DNA of 64,000 bases from a virus: positions 1 to 64,000 of the IMG/VR virus record IMGVR_UViG_3300049489_000477; one strand, 5' to 3'. The notes under the pieces were generated by a model, which did no database searches, was not told the origin of the DNA, and worked only from the letters and a program-made list of their open reading frames with translations. Below are positions 9,369 through 18,649 of the stretch, piece after piece (within the stretch, counting starts at the first letter, position 1; every line of letters starts with the position of its first letter). Position numbers and translations under genes: made by a program.

Positions 9369-12300
9369 ATGGCACTGATATTCGATAACGACAACAACCT
9401 CATAATGAACACAGAAACCACACCGGTAACCATTTCCGGTGGCGTCAGTGTCAATGCGTTGTTTATCAATAATGTTCCATTATATCTACCAGAAACAGCA
9501 ACATCTGGTATGTTGGCATTGGTATCAGATGTCCAAACATCATCTCAAGAAACATCTGCTGCTATTTCTACATTATCTGATAGCTTGAGTTATCTTGAAT
9601 CTGATGTTGTTCGATTGACCGGTGACCAAGACATTTATGGATTCAAGACGCTTCATGACAATGTTTCAATACATGTTGATGGTGATGATGCACTTGATAT
9701 GCGTGCATCTGAACTTTCTGGATATTCAGAAATAGCTTGGTCGTTCGCTGGAAATCCGCCAACATTTGGTGTGTATGTTTCTGAATCAACTGAAGGTTCT
9801 CCAATATGGACCGATGTTGCCGCAGGAAAGTACATAAGCTTCTGGGGATATGACCAAAATAAAGATTTAGTCACAATTGACGTATCTGGAAACCTCACAG
9901 TAAACGGTGGTGGCATTGCTATTCTTTCATTAGCCGAGACTTCGTGTGGAGCCGCACTTACAATCAGCCAATTAGGACAGATTATAAACAGTGGATATCA
10001 ATTGGACGGATTTGCACAAAAGTATCAATTAGATTCGTATACCTTATTGACTACGACTTCTGCGTTGACAGGAAGTTTACAAGCACAGATAAATGCCATA
10101 TGTGGTTCGTATGAATTATATACTCCGTTATCAACAACAGCGGCTTTGACGGGCAGCCTACAGCAACAGATAACAGTCGTAAGCAACTCACTAAGTGGTT
10201 ATACGACATTATCAACAACAGCGTCTTTGACGGGCAGCTTACAACAGCAAATATCGGTTGTAAGCAACTCACTAAGCGGCTATATTACAACGACTCAAGC
10301 AGCTTCCATAACCGCAGGATTAACACCACTTGCAACAACCTCGGCACTGACCAGCAACTTACAGTCGCAAATATACAATCTTTCAGCTTCCAATATCATA
10401 TACAGCCCAGATGTTATTTTGTATTGGTATGACTCGACAACACCAACCAATCTTCGCACAGCAACAGACAACCTTGCCAATAAGCTATTCTGGGCTGATT
10501 ACAGAACAAAGAGAATACTTTCAACTGGTAAATCATATGGTGGACATCTTGTTAAATCAAGTGCATCAACAATAACAATATCCGCTGGTGGTGGTACAGT
10601 AATAGATCAGAGTGTAACTGATAGTTCTGGTCTGTATCCACAATACACGGATGTGTCATGGGGAAACATCACAAATGTTTCTTTATCACAGTATATATCT
10701 GCTGGTAATATAGAAGTTGTCCATGTACTTATGGATTCTACAGGAACTCCGTTCCTACAGACATCAGATCCATATGGCACAACCATAAGAAATAATATAC
10801 TTCTTGGTAGAGTTTCTTTACGAAGCGGCGAGATATTCTTAACAAGACAATATGATCGTATACCTGTAGATACTTATGCGCAAATCGAAGATTTAGCTTA
10901 TGCTCTAGGTACTATAAACATATACGGTAATACATATTCAGCATCTGCTGGAAGTATTAGCTTAGAAAAATCTTCTGGACAAACATTCCGTTTGGGAAAT
11001 GTTACATCATCGATTAAGAATCCTAGTGTCATCGATGATCCAGCCCTTGTTCCGGCGTCTCTTACATACACATATTTGGCAGCCAACATGTCTGCGGCAC
11101 AGTATGTTGCTGCAAGTGTAAATGTCGATTCTAGTAAGTATGATAATGGATCTGGAACTCTACAAAATGTTTCTGGTGGATACTGGACCGTTCAACGAGT
11201 GTACTATTTCTCCCAATCAAATAACACATATGTTTGGTATGGAAGAAATCAATATGCCACATTCGATGATGCGCAAAGCGGATATGTGCTGGAAGATACG
11301 ACGATACCACCAAATTCTCGCTTTGATTCGCAAGTTTCATTTAGAGCTTTGATGTTTGTTAAGCAAGGCGCTACAGATTTATCTGACCCAGCCAGTTGCT
11401 CAATACAAAACCTTGGTAAGTTGGGTGATACGGGTGGAACTGGTGGAGGTGGTGGAGGTGGTGGATCACAATTAACCAATTTCTCCGACGCAGATTTTTA
11501 TATCTACGATAATCTCAATAACACACATAAGTTGATGTTTAATCTTGATGATATTACCGATGGTGCAAAAACAATAACATTCAAGGCACAAGATATTGCG
11601 GCTGATATTGTTTTAAGTATTCCTATATCAAGCGGAACATTGGCTCTTGTATCAGATATTGCTGGCATCAGTGCGGCTCTCACACCATTAGCAACGACCG
11701 CTGCTCTTACAGCAAATCTCCAGACACAGATAAACAATATCTCTGCTCCATCGCTATCTGGTTACACACTGTTGACAACAACTGCCGCCTTGACAGGAAA
11801 CTTGCAGACGCAAATAACCAATGAAGTCAATGCACGAAGCAGTCAGATAGGTCAGATAACAGGATCGCCGTTCGTCCTTGATTCGCGTTACTATCCAAGT
11901 ATCAGCGCAGATGCTCGATTTGTCCACTTGACCGGCAACGAAAACATATCGGGAAATAAGAACTTCGGTGGTGTCGTTAGAGTCAATAGCGATTTGTATA
12001 GTTTCAAGTATATTTTGGGTACAGGACCAGATTTGAGTCTATTACCAGTTGTGGGTGGTCAATCGGTTATCACTACATGGTGGGGATTGCAGCTTAGAGC
12101 AAATCAACAATCCAGTGTTGAAGCTGCTGTATCGAATGTTGGTGGTGCGGGGGACTATGGAGTAGTAGTTCCATCACAGACACCAACAGTTTCCGCAGAT
12201 ATCATGCAACGTGGTAGATCCGGTCAAACCGCAGACTTCTTCCAGTGGCAAAATTCATCTGGTGCAGTTCTTTCAAGAATTCGCTTAAATGGTAACTTCG

Positions 12301-13097
12301 GCGGCGATGTTGATTATACACCAGCTATTTCTGCAAATTGGGTTGTGCAACCAACAGTTGTTAGAGAAGCATTGGATAATTTAGCATTCTACTCAAATCC
12401 AGGTCAAGTTCAAAATAGAAGTATATTGTTCTGTTATGATGATATGCTTTGGGGTAAGGAATCGACCACAACTACTCTTGGACCAGCAGGATCTGTAGGA
12501 TTTAGATTTGATAATGCCAACGGTGGATTGGTAGCTCCAGTTAACGGTGAGTTACATCACCCAGGAGTTATAGCGGTTAGTACGGGAACATCAAACAATT
12601 CCACTGGTCGAGGCGCTATTACGACATCTGGTTCTACGACAACATCACTTGCGCCAAGTGGCAAGATTATTTTTGAGGGTATCGTTGAAATTCCTACATT
12701 GTCAGTCGTAGCAACAGAATACACAGCTATTGTTGGTATAACAGATACCTCTACTGCAACACCAAATAACGGCATATACTTCATTTATGACAGAGTTAAT
12801 GGTGGAAATACATGGAGAGCGGCAACAGCAAATGGTGGTTCTCGTACTCTCACCAATACAGCGTCGGTTGTGGCAAATGCGTGGTATAGATTGAAGTTCA
12901 TTGCTGATTACACGCTTGCGACACCACAAGTGCAATTCTTCGTTGATGATGTTCTACAAACCACCATTACAACGAATTTGACCCTCAATCTATGTAGTCC
13001 AAGATTCCAAATTCTCAAAACAGGATCATCATCGACAAATTCAAGATCACTATATGTCGATTACTTCTCAATGATTATGACGGGGATAAGTAGATAA
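9369..13097 (+). CDS. Large tail fibre/adhesin-like protein (1242 aa)
   Basis: Six copies of the (Y/L)TxL(A/S/T)TT(A/S)xLTxxLQxQI helical motif, poly-Gly hinge, VHLTGNENISGNKNF, and a C-terminal beta-sandwich/lectin-like region. Confidence 0.7.
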   Translation: MALIFDNDNNLIMNTETTPVTISGGVSVNALFINNVPLYLPETATSGMLALVSDVQTSSQETSAAISTLSDSLSYLESDVVRLTGDQDIYGFKTLHDNVSIHVDGDDALDMRASELSGYSEIAWSFAGNPPTFGVYVSESTEGSPIWTDVAAGKYISFWGYDQNKDLVTIDVSGNLTVNGGGIAILSLAETSCGAALTISQLGQIINSGYQLDGFAQKYQLDSYTLLTTTSALTGSLQAQINAICGSYELYTPLSTTAALTGSLQQQITVVSNSLSGYTTLSTTASLTGSLQQQISVVSNSLSGYITTTQAASITAGLTPLATTSALTSNLQSQIYNLSASNIIYSPDVILYWYDSTTPTNLRTATDNLANKLFWADYRTKRILSTGKSYGGHLVKSSASTITISAGGGTVIDQSVTDSSGLYPQYTDVSWGNITNVSLSQYISAGNIEVVHVLMDSTGTPFLQTSDPYGTTIRNNILLGRVSLRSGEIFLTRQYDRIPVDTYAQIEDLAYALGTINIYGNTYSASAGSISLEKSSGQTFRLGNVTSSIKNPSVIDDPALVPASLTYTYLAANMSAAQYVAASVNVDSSKYDNGSGTLQNVSGGYWTVQRVYYFSQSNNTYVWYGRNQYATFDDAQSGYVLEDTTIPPNSRFDSQVSFRALMFVKQGATDLSDPASCSIQNLGKLGDTGGTGGGGGGGGSQLTNFSDADFYIYDNLNNTHKLMFNLDDITDGAKTITFKAQDIAADIVLSIPISSGTLALVSDIAGISAALTPLATTAALTANLQTQINNISAPSLSGYTLLTTTAALTGNLQTQITNEVNARSSQIGQITGSPFVLDSRYYPSISADARFVHLTGNENISGNKNFGGVVRVNSDLYSFKYILGTGPDLSLLPVVGGQSVITTWWGLQLRANQQSSVEAAVSNVGGAGDYGVVVPSQTPTVSADIMQRGRSGQTADFFQWQNSSGAVLSRIRLNGNFGGDVDYTPAISANWVVQPTVVREALDNLAFYSNPGQVQNRSILFCYDDMLWGKESTTTTLGPAGSVGFRFDNANGGLVAPVNGELHHPGVIAVSTGTSNNSTGRGAITTSGSTTTSLAPSGKIIFEGIVEIPTLSVVATEYTAIVGITDTSTATPNNGIYFIYDRVNGGNTWRAATANGGSRTLTNTASVVANAWYRLKFIADYTLATPQVQFFVDDVLQTTITTNLTLNLCSPRFQILKTGSSSTNSRSLYVDYFSMIMTGISR

Positions 13098-13098
13098 T

Positions 13099-13653
13099 AT
13101 GAGTTTTTACAAACATATCATTCACGATAGTACCAATAATCAAGATCATGAGTTTACAGATACAAATGCAAATGTATCCAACGAAACTCTTTTGACATTT
13201 GGCAATATCGAAAACTTGACGGTTTCGAATGTTGATATAAGCGCCGAAGTAGCACTGGAAGTTAACGAAGCAAAGCGTAAACTACAAGATGAAGCACTTT
13301 CTGTTGCATGGGATTTCATAACTCCATACTTTGACCAACCAGCATTTATTCAGATGGCGGATTGGAAGCATTCATTAGCGTCTGATCATGTCATACAACC
13401 ATATATAGCAGCGGTTGAAGCATGGAAAGCCGCCATTATGTTTGAATACTTAATGGTTAAAAAACCATCATTGTGGAACGGTTTGCCGTATGATCTAGAT
13501 TACAGTTTTGTTGGCTCGCCACCTTGTAAATTCACTGATATATTTTTACTAGCTAATCCTCAATTCCAACCCTATGCTGTGGGTTGGTCGGCTCCTGATA
13601 TTACTAATTATGCGCCTGGCAGTCGCCAGAACCCAAAGCCGATATTATTTTAA
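13099..13653 (+). CDS. Hypothetical protein, possibly a tail-fibre assembly chaperone
   Basis: 184-aa ORF immediately after the last fibre gene; assignment is positional only. Confidence 0.5.
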   Translation: MSFYKHIIHDSTNNQDHEFTDTNANVSNETLLTFGNIENLTVSNVDISAEVALEVNEAKRKLQDEALSVAWDFITPYFDQPAFIQMADWKHSLASDHVIQPYIAAVEAWKAAIMFEYLMVKKPSLWNGLPYDLDYSFVGSPPCKFTDIFLLANPQFQPYAVGWSAPDITNYAPGSRQNPKPILF

Positions 13654-13967
13654 TCGGCAGGCTCAATAGAACACGGCAGCGGTACCTTCGGACCCTTCGT
13701 AGCATCGGGATCACAACCATAACCCTTGACCAGATCCTTGAGCATTTCGGCTCGTTCCTTGTGGGTCGTAACCACGATGCACTGACCTTCAAAATGAATT
13801 TTCTTGGTCAGTTCGAATGCCTCATCAAAATTCTTATTAAAGACCACCATAATCAGCTTCACAACCCACTCGACGGTATGAAAATCGGTATTGTGCAGCA
13901 GAACATGCCACTGTGGCATGTGTTGAACCTTGTCCTTCTTCTCAACTTCGGGTAGCGATGTGGTCAT
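13650..13967 (-). CDS. clpS: ATP-dependent Clp protease adaptor ClpS
   Basis: WHVLLHNTDFHTVEWVV...AFELTKKIHFEGQCIV...KERAE...SIEP matches the ClpS core; AGAAAGGA RBS. Confidence 0.85.
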   Translation of the reverse strand: MTTSLPEVEKKDKVQHMPQWHVLLHNTDFHTVEWVVKLIMVVFNKNFDEAFELTKKIHFEGQCIVVTTHKERAEMLKDLVKGYGCDPDATKGPKVPLPCSIEPAD

Positions 13968-14020
13968 TTTCTTGTCCTTTCTGCCGTTACCTTATCTGAC
14001 TTTTAAAAGTATTCAATAAC

Positions 14021-14515
14021 CTAGACGGCGGCTTGAAGCGTAGTGTGTGATACACCAGAATCTACAATGTGGTTACCATGGGAATCCTCCCAATAGAACT
14101 GAACCCATGATGTTATATTATTATGGACATAGTAATCAGCTTGGATCTTTGACGTAGGCTTGACCAAGACCACAGCGGTTTTTACTGACCCTGCTTTCTT
14201 GAGTATGTGCATATTTTGTATATACGATATGGTATCACCACTATCTAAAAGATCATCACATATAAGAACCCGCTCTGACGCATTAAACACCTTACAGGCT
14301 GGGTATTCAATGTGGGGCTGCTCTTGCTTTATATCCCCTTTGTAGAAAGAAACTTTAATGGGGACCACAATGGCTCTCGGAAAGTATTTAATTAATTCCC
14401 GTGTCACATAACCACCCCCACGCTCCACGCTTAATATGTGGGTGAAGGGGTAATCGTTGACGCGATCTGCAAGGATCTTGCAATCCTTACAAAAAGCTTC
14501 AATAGTATATTGCAT
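14021..14515 (-). CDS. Type I purine phosphoribosyltransferase (HPRT/XGPRT-like)
   Basis: SVERGG, VSFY, PRPP-binding motif VLICDDLLDSGDT, AVVLVKP, WVQFYWE. Confidence 0.8.
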   Translation of the reverse strand: MQYTIEAFCKDCKILADRVNDYPFTHILSVERGGGYVTRELIKYFPRAIVVPIKVSFYKGDIKQEQPHIEYPACKVFNASERVLICDDLLDSGDTISYIQNMHILKKAGSVKTAVVLVKPTSKIQADYYVHNNITSWVQFYWEDSHGNHIVDSGVSHTTLQAAV

Positions 14516-14772
14516 TACGCTGCCTTGCGCTTATCGTTAATCTGCCAGCCATGCTTATGGACGAAGAAGCATGCCGTCATTTGGGCTTCCTTATCCTCTT
14601 TAAAAATACCACGGCTCAACAATTCTGTGGCAAGCCAGCGGGTGTAATCGTCGCGCTGGGTTGTGGTCCACTGGTGGCTGTACATCCAACCAGCCTTTTC
14701 GATATAGTCGTTTGTGAACCGCTCACTAACGAGTTCAAACAGTTTATAAAAAGCAAAGCGATCATTACGCAT
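14515..14772 (-). CDS. Hypothetical protein
   Basis: 85-aa ORF with AAGGA RBS; stop overlaps the next start. Confidence 0.6.
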   Translation of the reverse strand: MRNDRFAFYKLFELVSERFTNDYIEKAGWMYSHQWTTTQRDDYTRWLATELLSRGIFKEDKEAQMTACFFVHKHGWQINDKRKAA

Positions 14773-14784
14773 GGTATATCCTTA

Positions 14785-15075
14785 TTATTGTTTCTTCTTC
14801 AATTCAGCAGCAACCTTTGCTGCGAATGTTGGGTCATCGGACAGTTTCCTAATCAGAACCGCCATGAAGTTTTCATCTGTTTTTAAAGTTGTGGTAATGG
14901 TCATCGGCTTGTATTGTTCTAAGTACGCCAATACAACAGCCCGATCAGCGATATCCTGTCTCTTGGCTTTTTCAAGCTTGTAGATATAGAATGCTATAAA
15001 AACACACCAACCAAAAACAAACAGTAGCATAAGTATGCGAGTTATCTTGTCAGTCACGGTTAGCTCCATTTGCAC
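14785..15075 (-). CDS. Small single-pass membrane protein
   Basis: Hydrophobic stretch ILMLLFVFGWCVFIAFYIY followed by a charged helix; start may be the ATG at 15069. Confidence 0.55.
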   Translation of the reverse strand: MQMELTVTDKITRILMLLFVFGWCVFIAFYIYKLEKAKRQDIADRAVVLAYLEQYKPMTITTTLKTDENFMAVLIRKLSDDPTFAAKVAAELKKKQ

Positions 15076-15114
15076 AAGTATATCGTCTTTCCATATTCGT
15101 CAATACTATATTAT

Positions 15115-18102
15115 TTACGATGCACATGCACATGCGCTAAAATCTGTCGCAAATGCTGAACATGGAATTGGAGCTATCCAGCCTCTAAAATGTGGACTGA
15201 CCCACAATGAACAGTTTGCAACCGCTAATGGTCTGCCTGCTGATATGCCCGAGTTTAAAAGTCTATTAAAGGTATTAACGGCGTTCTTTCCATCGGCAAT
15301 CAACTCTTCGATACTCTTGCCCTTATCGCCACACAATGATGGAATAGTAATAGCGGGGAAAGGAATACCTATTTTTGGAAGCGTTGGTGAGCCAAAAGCA
15401 AGCCCACCCGTGAATGGAATATTTAATTTCGGAATATTCAAAATAAGCGAAGGTATCTTTATAAATGGCAACTCGATCTTCGGTAACTTCAAATCAATTG
15501 ATGGAATTGGTATATAGACATTCAATGTCAATGGAATTTTTAGACTGAAATTGATTGGAAAGGTCGGAAGACGAATATCGAGCTTTGGTAATGGATAGCC
15601 ACCAAACTTCATACGGAAATTTGGTAGTGCGATGTTAATAGGAGGAATAATCAGACCAGGCAATTTTGGTAAACTGATTTGTGGAATTGGTAAAGTGAAA
15701 GCAGCTTTTGGGAACTTTGGTAGAAGCTTTTCAAGTGCCTTCAATGATAACGGAACATTCAATTCTGGTAAACGAATGGTTGGTACGGTAATGGTTGGTG
15801 GGAATAGCGGAGGATCTGGAATACGAGGGAAATTGATTTTCGGAAACGGAACATTGATAGCGACTTTAAATCCAGTTGGTGCGACAATATCTGGAAACAC
15901 GATAGGTACTTTGAAATCAATATCGGGGAATGACAAGTCCAGCACAGGTATCTTCAAGTTCAATGGGAAACCAACACCAAACTCAAAGGCACCAGTAAAG
16001 TTAAATAGACCGTTGAATTCAAGACATGGAAGCGGTGGTAAACAACCTTGAAGCGACATAAGCGAATCAATGCCCATTTGCATGATGTTGTTCGCATATG
16101 CTTCCATTTCAGCAAGCATTTGTTCTTTTGACGGAATTATGGTTGCCAGTTGTTCCTTAATAAGCAGAAGATTCTGATATGTCTGCTGGATTGCGGCTTG
16201 TGATGATGCAAGAATAGCTCCTATATTTGACGATGGTATAAGAACGGACGGATCGCTTGCAAGAACTTCAAGGGAAGGATTCGTACCAACAAGTGTCGGA
16301 TCCATGCTGACGAAATTAAAATTACGGATATCGCTTCCCAATTCAGAAACTTCAAGAGCGAATTGTTCGACCTCTTGTTGGGGCAGCGTCAAACATTGCT
16401 GCTTCATCTGATTTAATATTGCGGTCAGTGGACTTGGATTTATAATATTACCAGATCCATCGCGTGGTGCTGACGAAAATTGTGTCATGAACTCTGTCCA
16501 TTCACCAAGCAACTCAGATGATGTGTCGGCTGAATAGTTCAAGTATGACTTGACGCTTGCCGTGACGCCCATGCTTCTATAGATTTTATCCAGTGTTGAT
16601 TGTCTGAACAATGTCATGCTATCGATAGGATTCATACCAGCCGCACCAGTAGCCAATCCCAGATTACCAACCCCGACATCAATCAAAGCTTGAGAAATCA
16701 AACCATTTTTTTCCGCCGTTCCATTGATGGATTGTAATAGGTCTTTAATGGAATTTTTCACATCATTTTGAAATTGTACGATATCACTACAGCCTTCATT
16801 GATTCTTGGTTCTGGGCATATGACGGTACTGCTTGGAGGTGGTGGTATAAGAAGGTTTAATGCATTTTCTCTGGCGTTCATCAAATCACCAAAGAAATGC
16901 TGCATGTCGGGATCAGATCGTATGTAATCGGCTAGTGCATCTACGGGATTACTTAAAACATAATCAAGCTTATCTCTCACACTCTTGACTTTATCAACAA
17001 TGTCTTTTAAATTGTTTGAATTTTTTCTATAATTGTCTCTTAGTCCTAGAATGGAGTCAGCGGCATCCAAGGCAAGGTTTATAGCTTCTGCTGAATTCGA
17101 AGGAAATTCATTAGGTAAGCCAGCACGCAATTCGCGGGCATAGTCTTTCATCTTTCCATCGAAGTAATTCTTTATGTCTGTTGTCTGTGAAATCAATTCA
17201 ACATCATGTTTGGAAAGATACCCTGAGACTTTATCCGCAAATGACATATTGAGTGATGATTCCATACGAGAACTCAAATACTTCATATGTTCTGAAACAC
17301 ATGGAGCATTTGCGTTTATCGGGGTGGATAATACATCATTGGCAGTTGAACATATATCGTTATTTGACTTACCAAATAGATTGGCTTCGAATCTAATATC
17401 AACAGGGGCATTACCACACAGACCCTTCTTCAACTTCTCATTCAGCTTGGTCAGGTGATCAATACCAACCTTCTTCAATGCGCCTTCAAGATTGAAGTCA
17501 TCGACCGACTTCAATCCAAAGTTTTCTACGGGGTTGTTGCAGCTTCCTAAAATATCCCGCAATATTTCTGGAAGACAGTTAGCCAGGTCACCAGAGGCAA
17601 GACATGGATCGATCTTCTCAAGAATAATAGGATTTAAAACAAGCGGATCGTATAGCGGTATGGCTGGCTTTCCAGCACAACCACCAGCCAATCCACCACC
17701 AGCATATGGTAAACCGCTTCCAATGGCATTGTTTCGTACATCCATGCAACCAGATGTAATAACACCTAATTCGGCAACTACGGTTATACCGACAATACCC
17801 ACTACGAATACTAGATCACCGACTCTTGCGAGTGGCTTATAGTCGCAGAAAGACATGAAATCTGATGTGAGAACATGCCCATACAATACATTGACACCAA
17901 AAATTGGATCGAATATCTTTGCTGGTACTTTTAGACCAGACGGTGGTTTTGGAGTCGTTGATGCCCCGACCAATGTATCATGTAATTTATTTTCAAGACC
18001 GTTAACGCCATCTTGCATCGACTTCAACGAGTCCATAGCCGCCTGCATGTTTTCAGTCGGTGATAGTGATTGGTTAAGATTTAATAAATCAACAGTAGCC
18101 AT
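15115..18102 (-). CDS. 995-aa protein with an N-terminal PAAR-like motif, helical middle and Pro/Ile/Leu/Lys-periodic C-terminal region
   Basis: GHVLTSDFMSFCDYKPLARVGDLV...GVITSGCMDV resembles the PAAR (T4 gp5.4) pattern GxI..S..V..nGkPaARvGD...G.I..GS..V. Confidence 0.55.
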   Translation of the reverse strand: MATVDLLNLNQSLSPTENMQAAMDSLKSMQDGVNGLENKLHDTLVGASTTPKPPSGLKVPAKIFDPIFGVNVLYGHVLTSDFMSFCDYKPLARVGDLVFVVGIVGITVVAELGVITSGCMDVRNNAIGSGLPYAGGGLAGGCAGKPAIPLYDPLVLNPIILEKIDPCLASGDLANCLPEILRDILGSCNNPVENFGLKSVDDFNLEGALKKVGIDHLTKLNEKLKKGLCGNAPVDIRFEANLFGKSNNDICSTANDVLSTPINANAPCVSEHMKYLSSRMESSLNMSFADKVSGYLSKHDVELISQTTDIKNYFDGKMKDYARELRAGLPNEFPSNSAEAINLALDAADSILGLRDNYRKNSNNLKDIVDKVKSVRDKLDYVLSNPVDALADYIRSDPDMQHFFGDLMNARENALNLLIPPPPSSTVICPEPRINEGCSDIVQFQNDVKNSIKDLLQSINGTAEKNGLISQALIDVGVGNLGLATGAAGMNPIDSMTLFRQSTLDKIYRSMGVTASVKSYLNYSADTSSELLGEWTEFMTQFSSAPRDGSGNIINPSPLTAILNQMKQQCLTLPQQEVEQFALEVSELGSDIRNFNFVSMDPTLVGTNPSLEVLASDPSVLIPSSNIGAILASSQAAIQQTYQNLLLIKEQLATIIPSKEQMLAEMEAYANNIMQMGIDSLMSLQGCLPPLPCLEFNGLFNFTGAFEFGVGFPLNLKIPVLDLSFPDIDFKVPIVFPDIVAPTGFKVAINVPFPKINFPRIPDPPLFPPTITVPTIRLPELNVPLSLKALEKLLPKFPKAAFTLPIPQISLPKLPGLIIPPINIALPNFRMKFGGYPLPKLDIRLPTFPINFSLKIPLTLNVYIPIPSIDLKLPKIELPFIKIPSLILNIPKLNIPFTGGLAFGSPTLPKIGIPFPAITIPSLCGDKGKSIEELIADGKNAVNTFNRLLNSGISAGRPLAVANCSLWVSPHFRGWIAPIPCSAFATDFSACACAS

Positions 18103-18161
18103 TTATAATCCAGAGTCTAAAATAACATAGTCGTTTTCTTCATCATAATCATCAATGCCGA

Positions 18162-18641
18162 CTAGTTTTTTGGTGGTTGTTGCTCCGTGGGTCCGTAAAC
18201 TTCATCTTCCATGCTACGAACAGCATCTTTTAAAATTCCAAGGCGACGATTTGTATCTTCCTTGAATTTAGCATCTGCTTGTTTATTTGATGCGTCTGCT
18301 TTTTCATTTTCTTCAAAACGCTCATTAATCTGCTTTAAAACATCTGCCATCTCTGATTCGTATTTTGCGGCAAATTGAGCCATAGCTTGTTTTAGCTGCT
18401 CTATTTCGGACGATGAGGATGTAACAATCGCATCCTTCTCTTGCTGAATAGCCGTGACTTGCTGTTGTAAACGATTTTGAAATGGCGTTTTTAATGTAGC
18501 TGGAGTCTCGTCAGCAACTTGCTGGAGAAATATGTAGGAAAGTGGCGTTGGTGATTCCACAACTTCGCCTGGTGAGATAAGATATTTCTTACCAGCCATC
18601 ACAAAGCTGTGTCTAAACTCGGAAATGCTTTTGTATTTCAT
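18162..18641 (-). CDS. Coiled-coil hypothetical protein (possible -1 frameshift extension to 18103)
   Basis: Gln/Glu/Lys-rich heptads; ends CCA AAA AAC TAG with an open -1 frame beyond. Confidence 0.65.
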   Translation of the reverse strand: MKYKSISEFRHSFVMAGKKYLISPGEVVESPTPLSYIFLQQVADETPATLKTPFQNRLQQQVTAIQQEKDAIVTSSSSEIEQLKQAMAQFAAKYESEMADVLKQINERFEENEKADASNKQADAKFKEDTNRRLGILKDAVRSMEDEVYGPTEQQPPKN

Positions 18642-18649
18642 ATGGTTCT

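Noticed and set aside
14785-15075. Holin or spanin call for the small membrane protein
   Set aside because: Only one hydrophobic helix and no endolysin or lipobox partner nearby; insufficient evidence.
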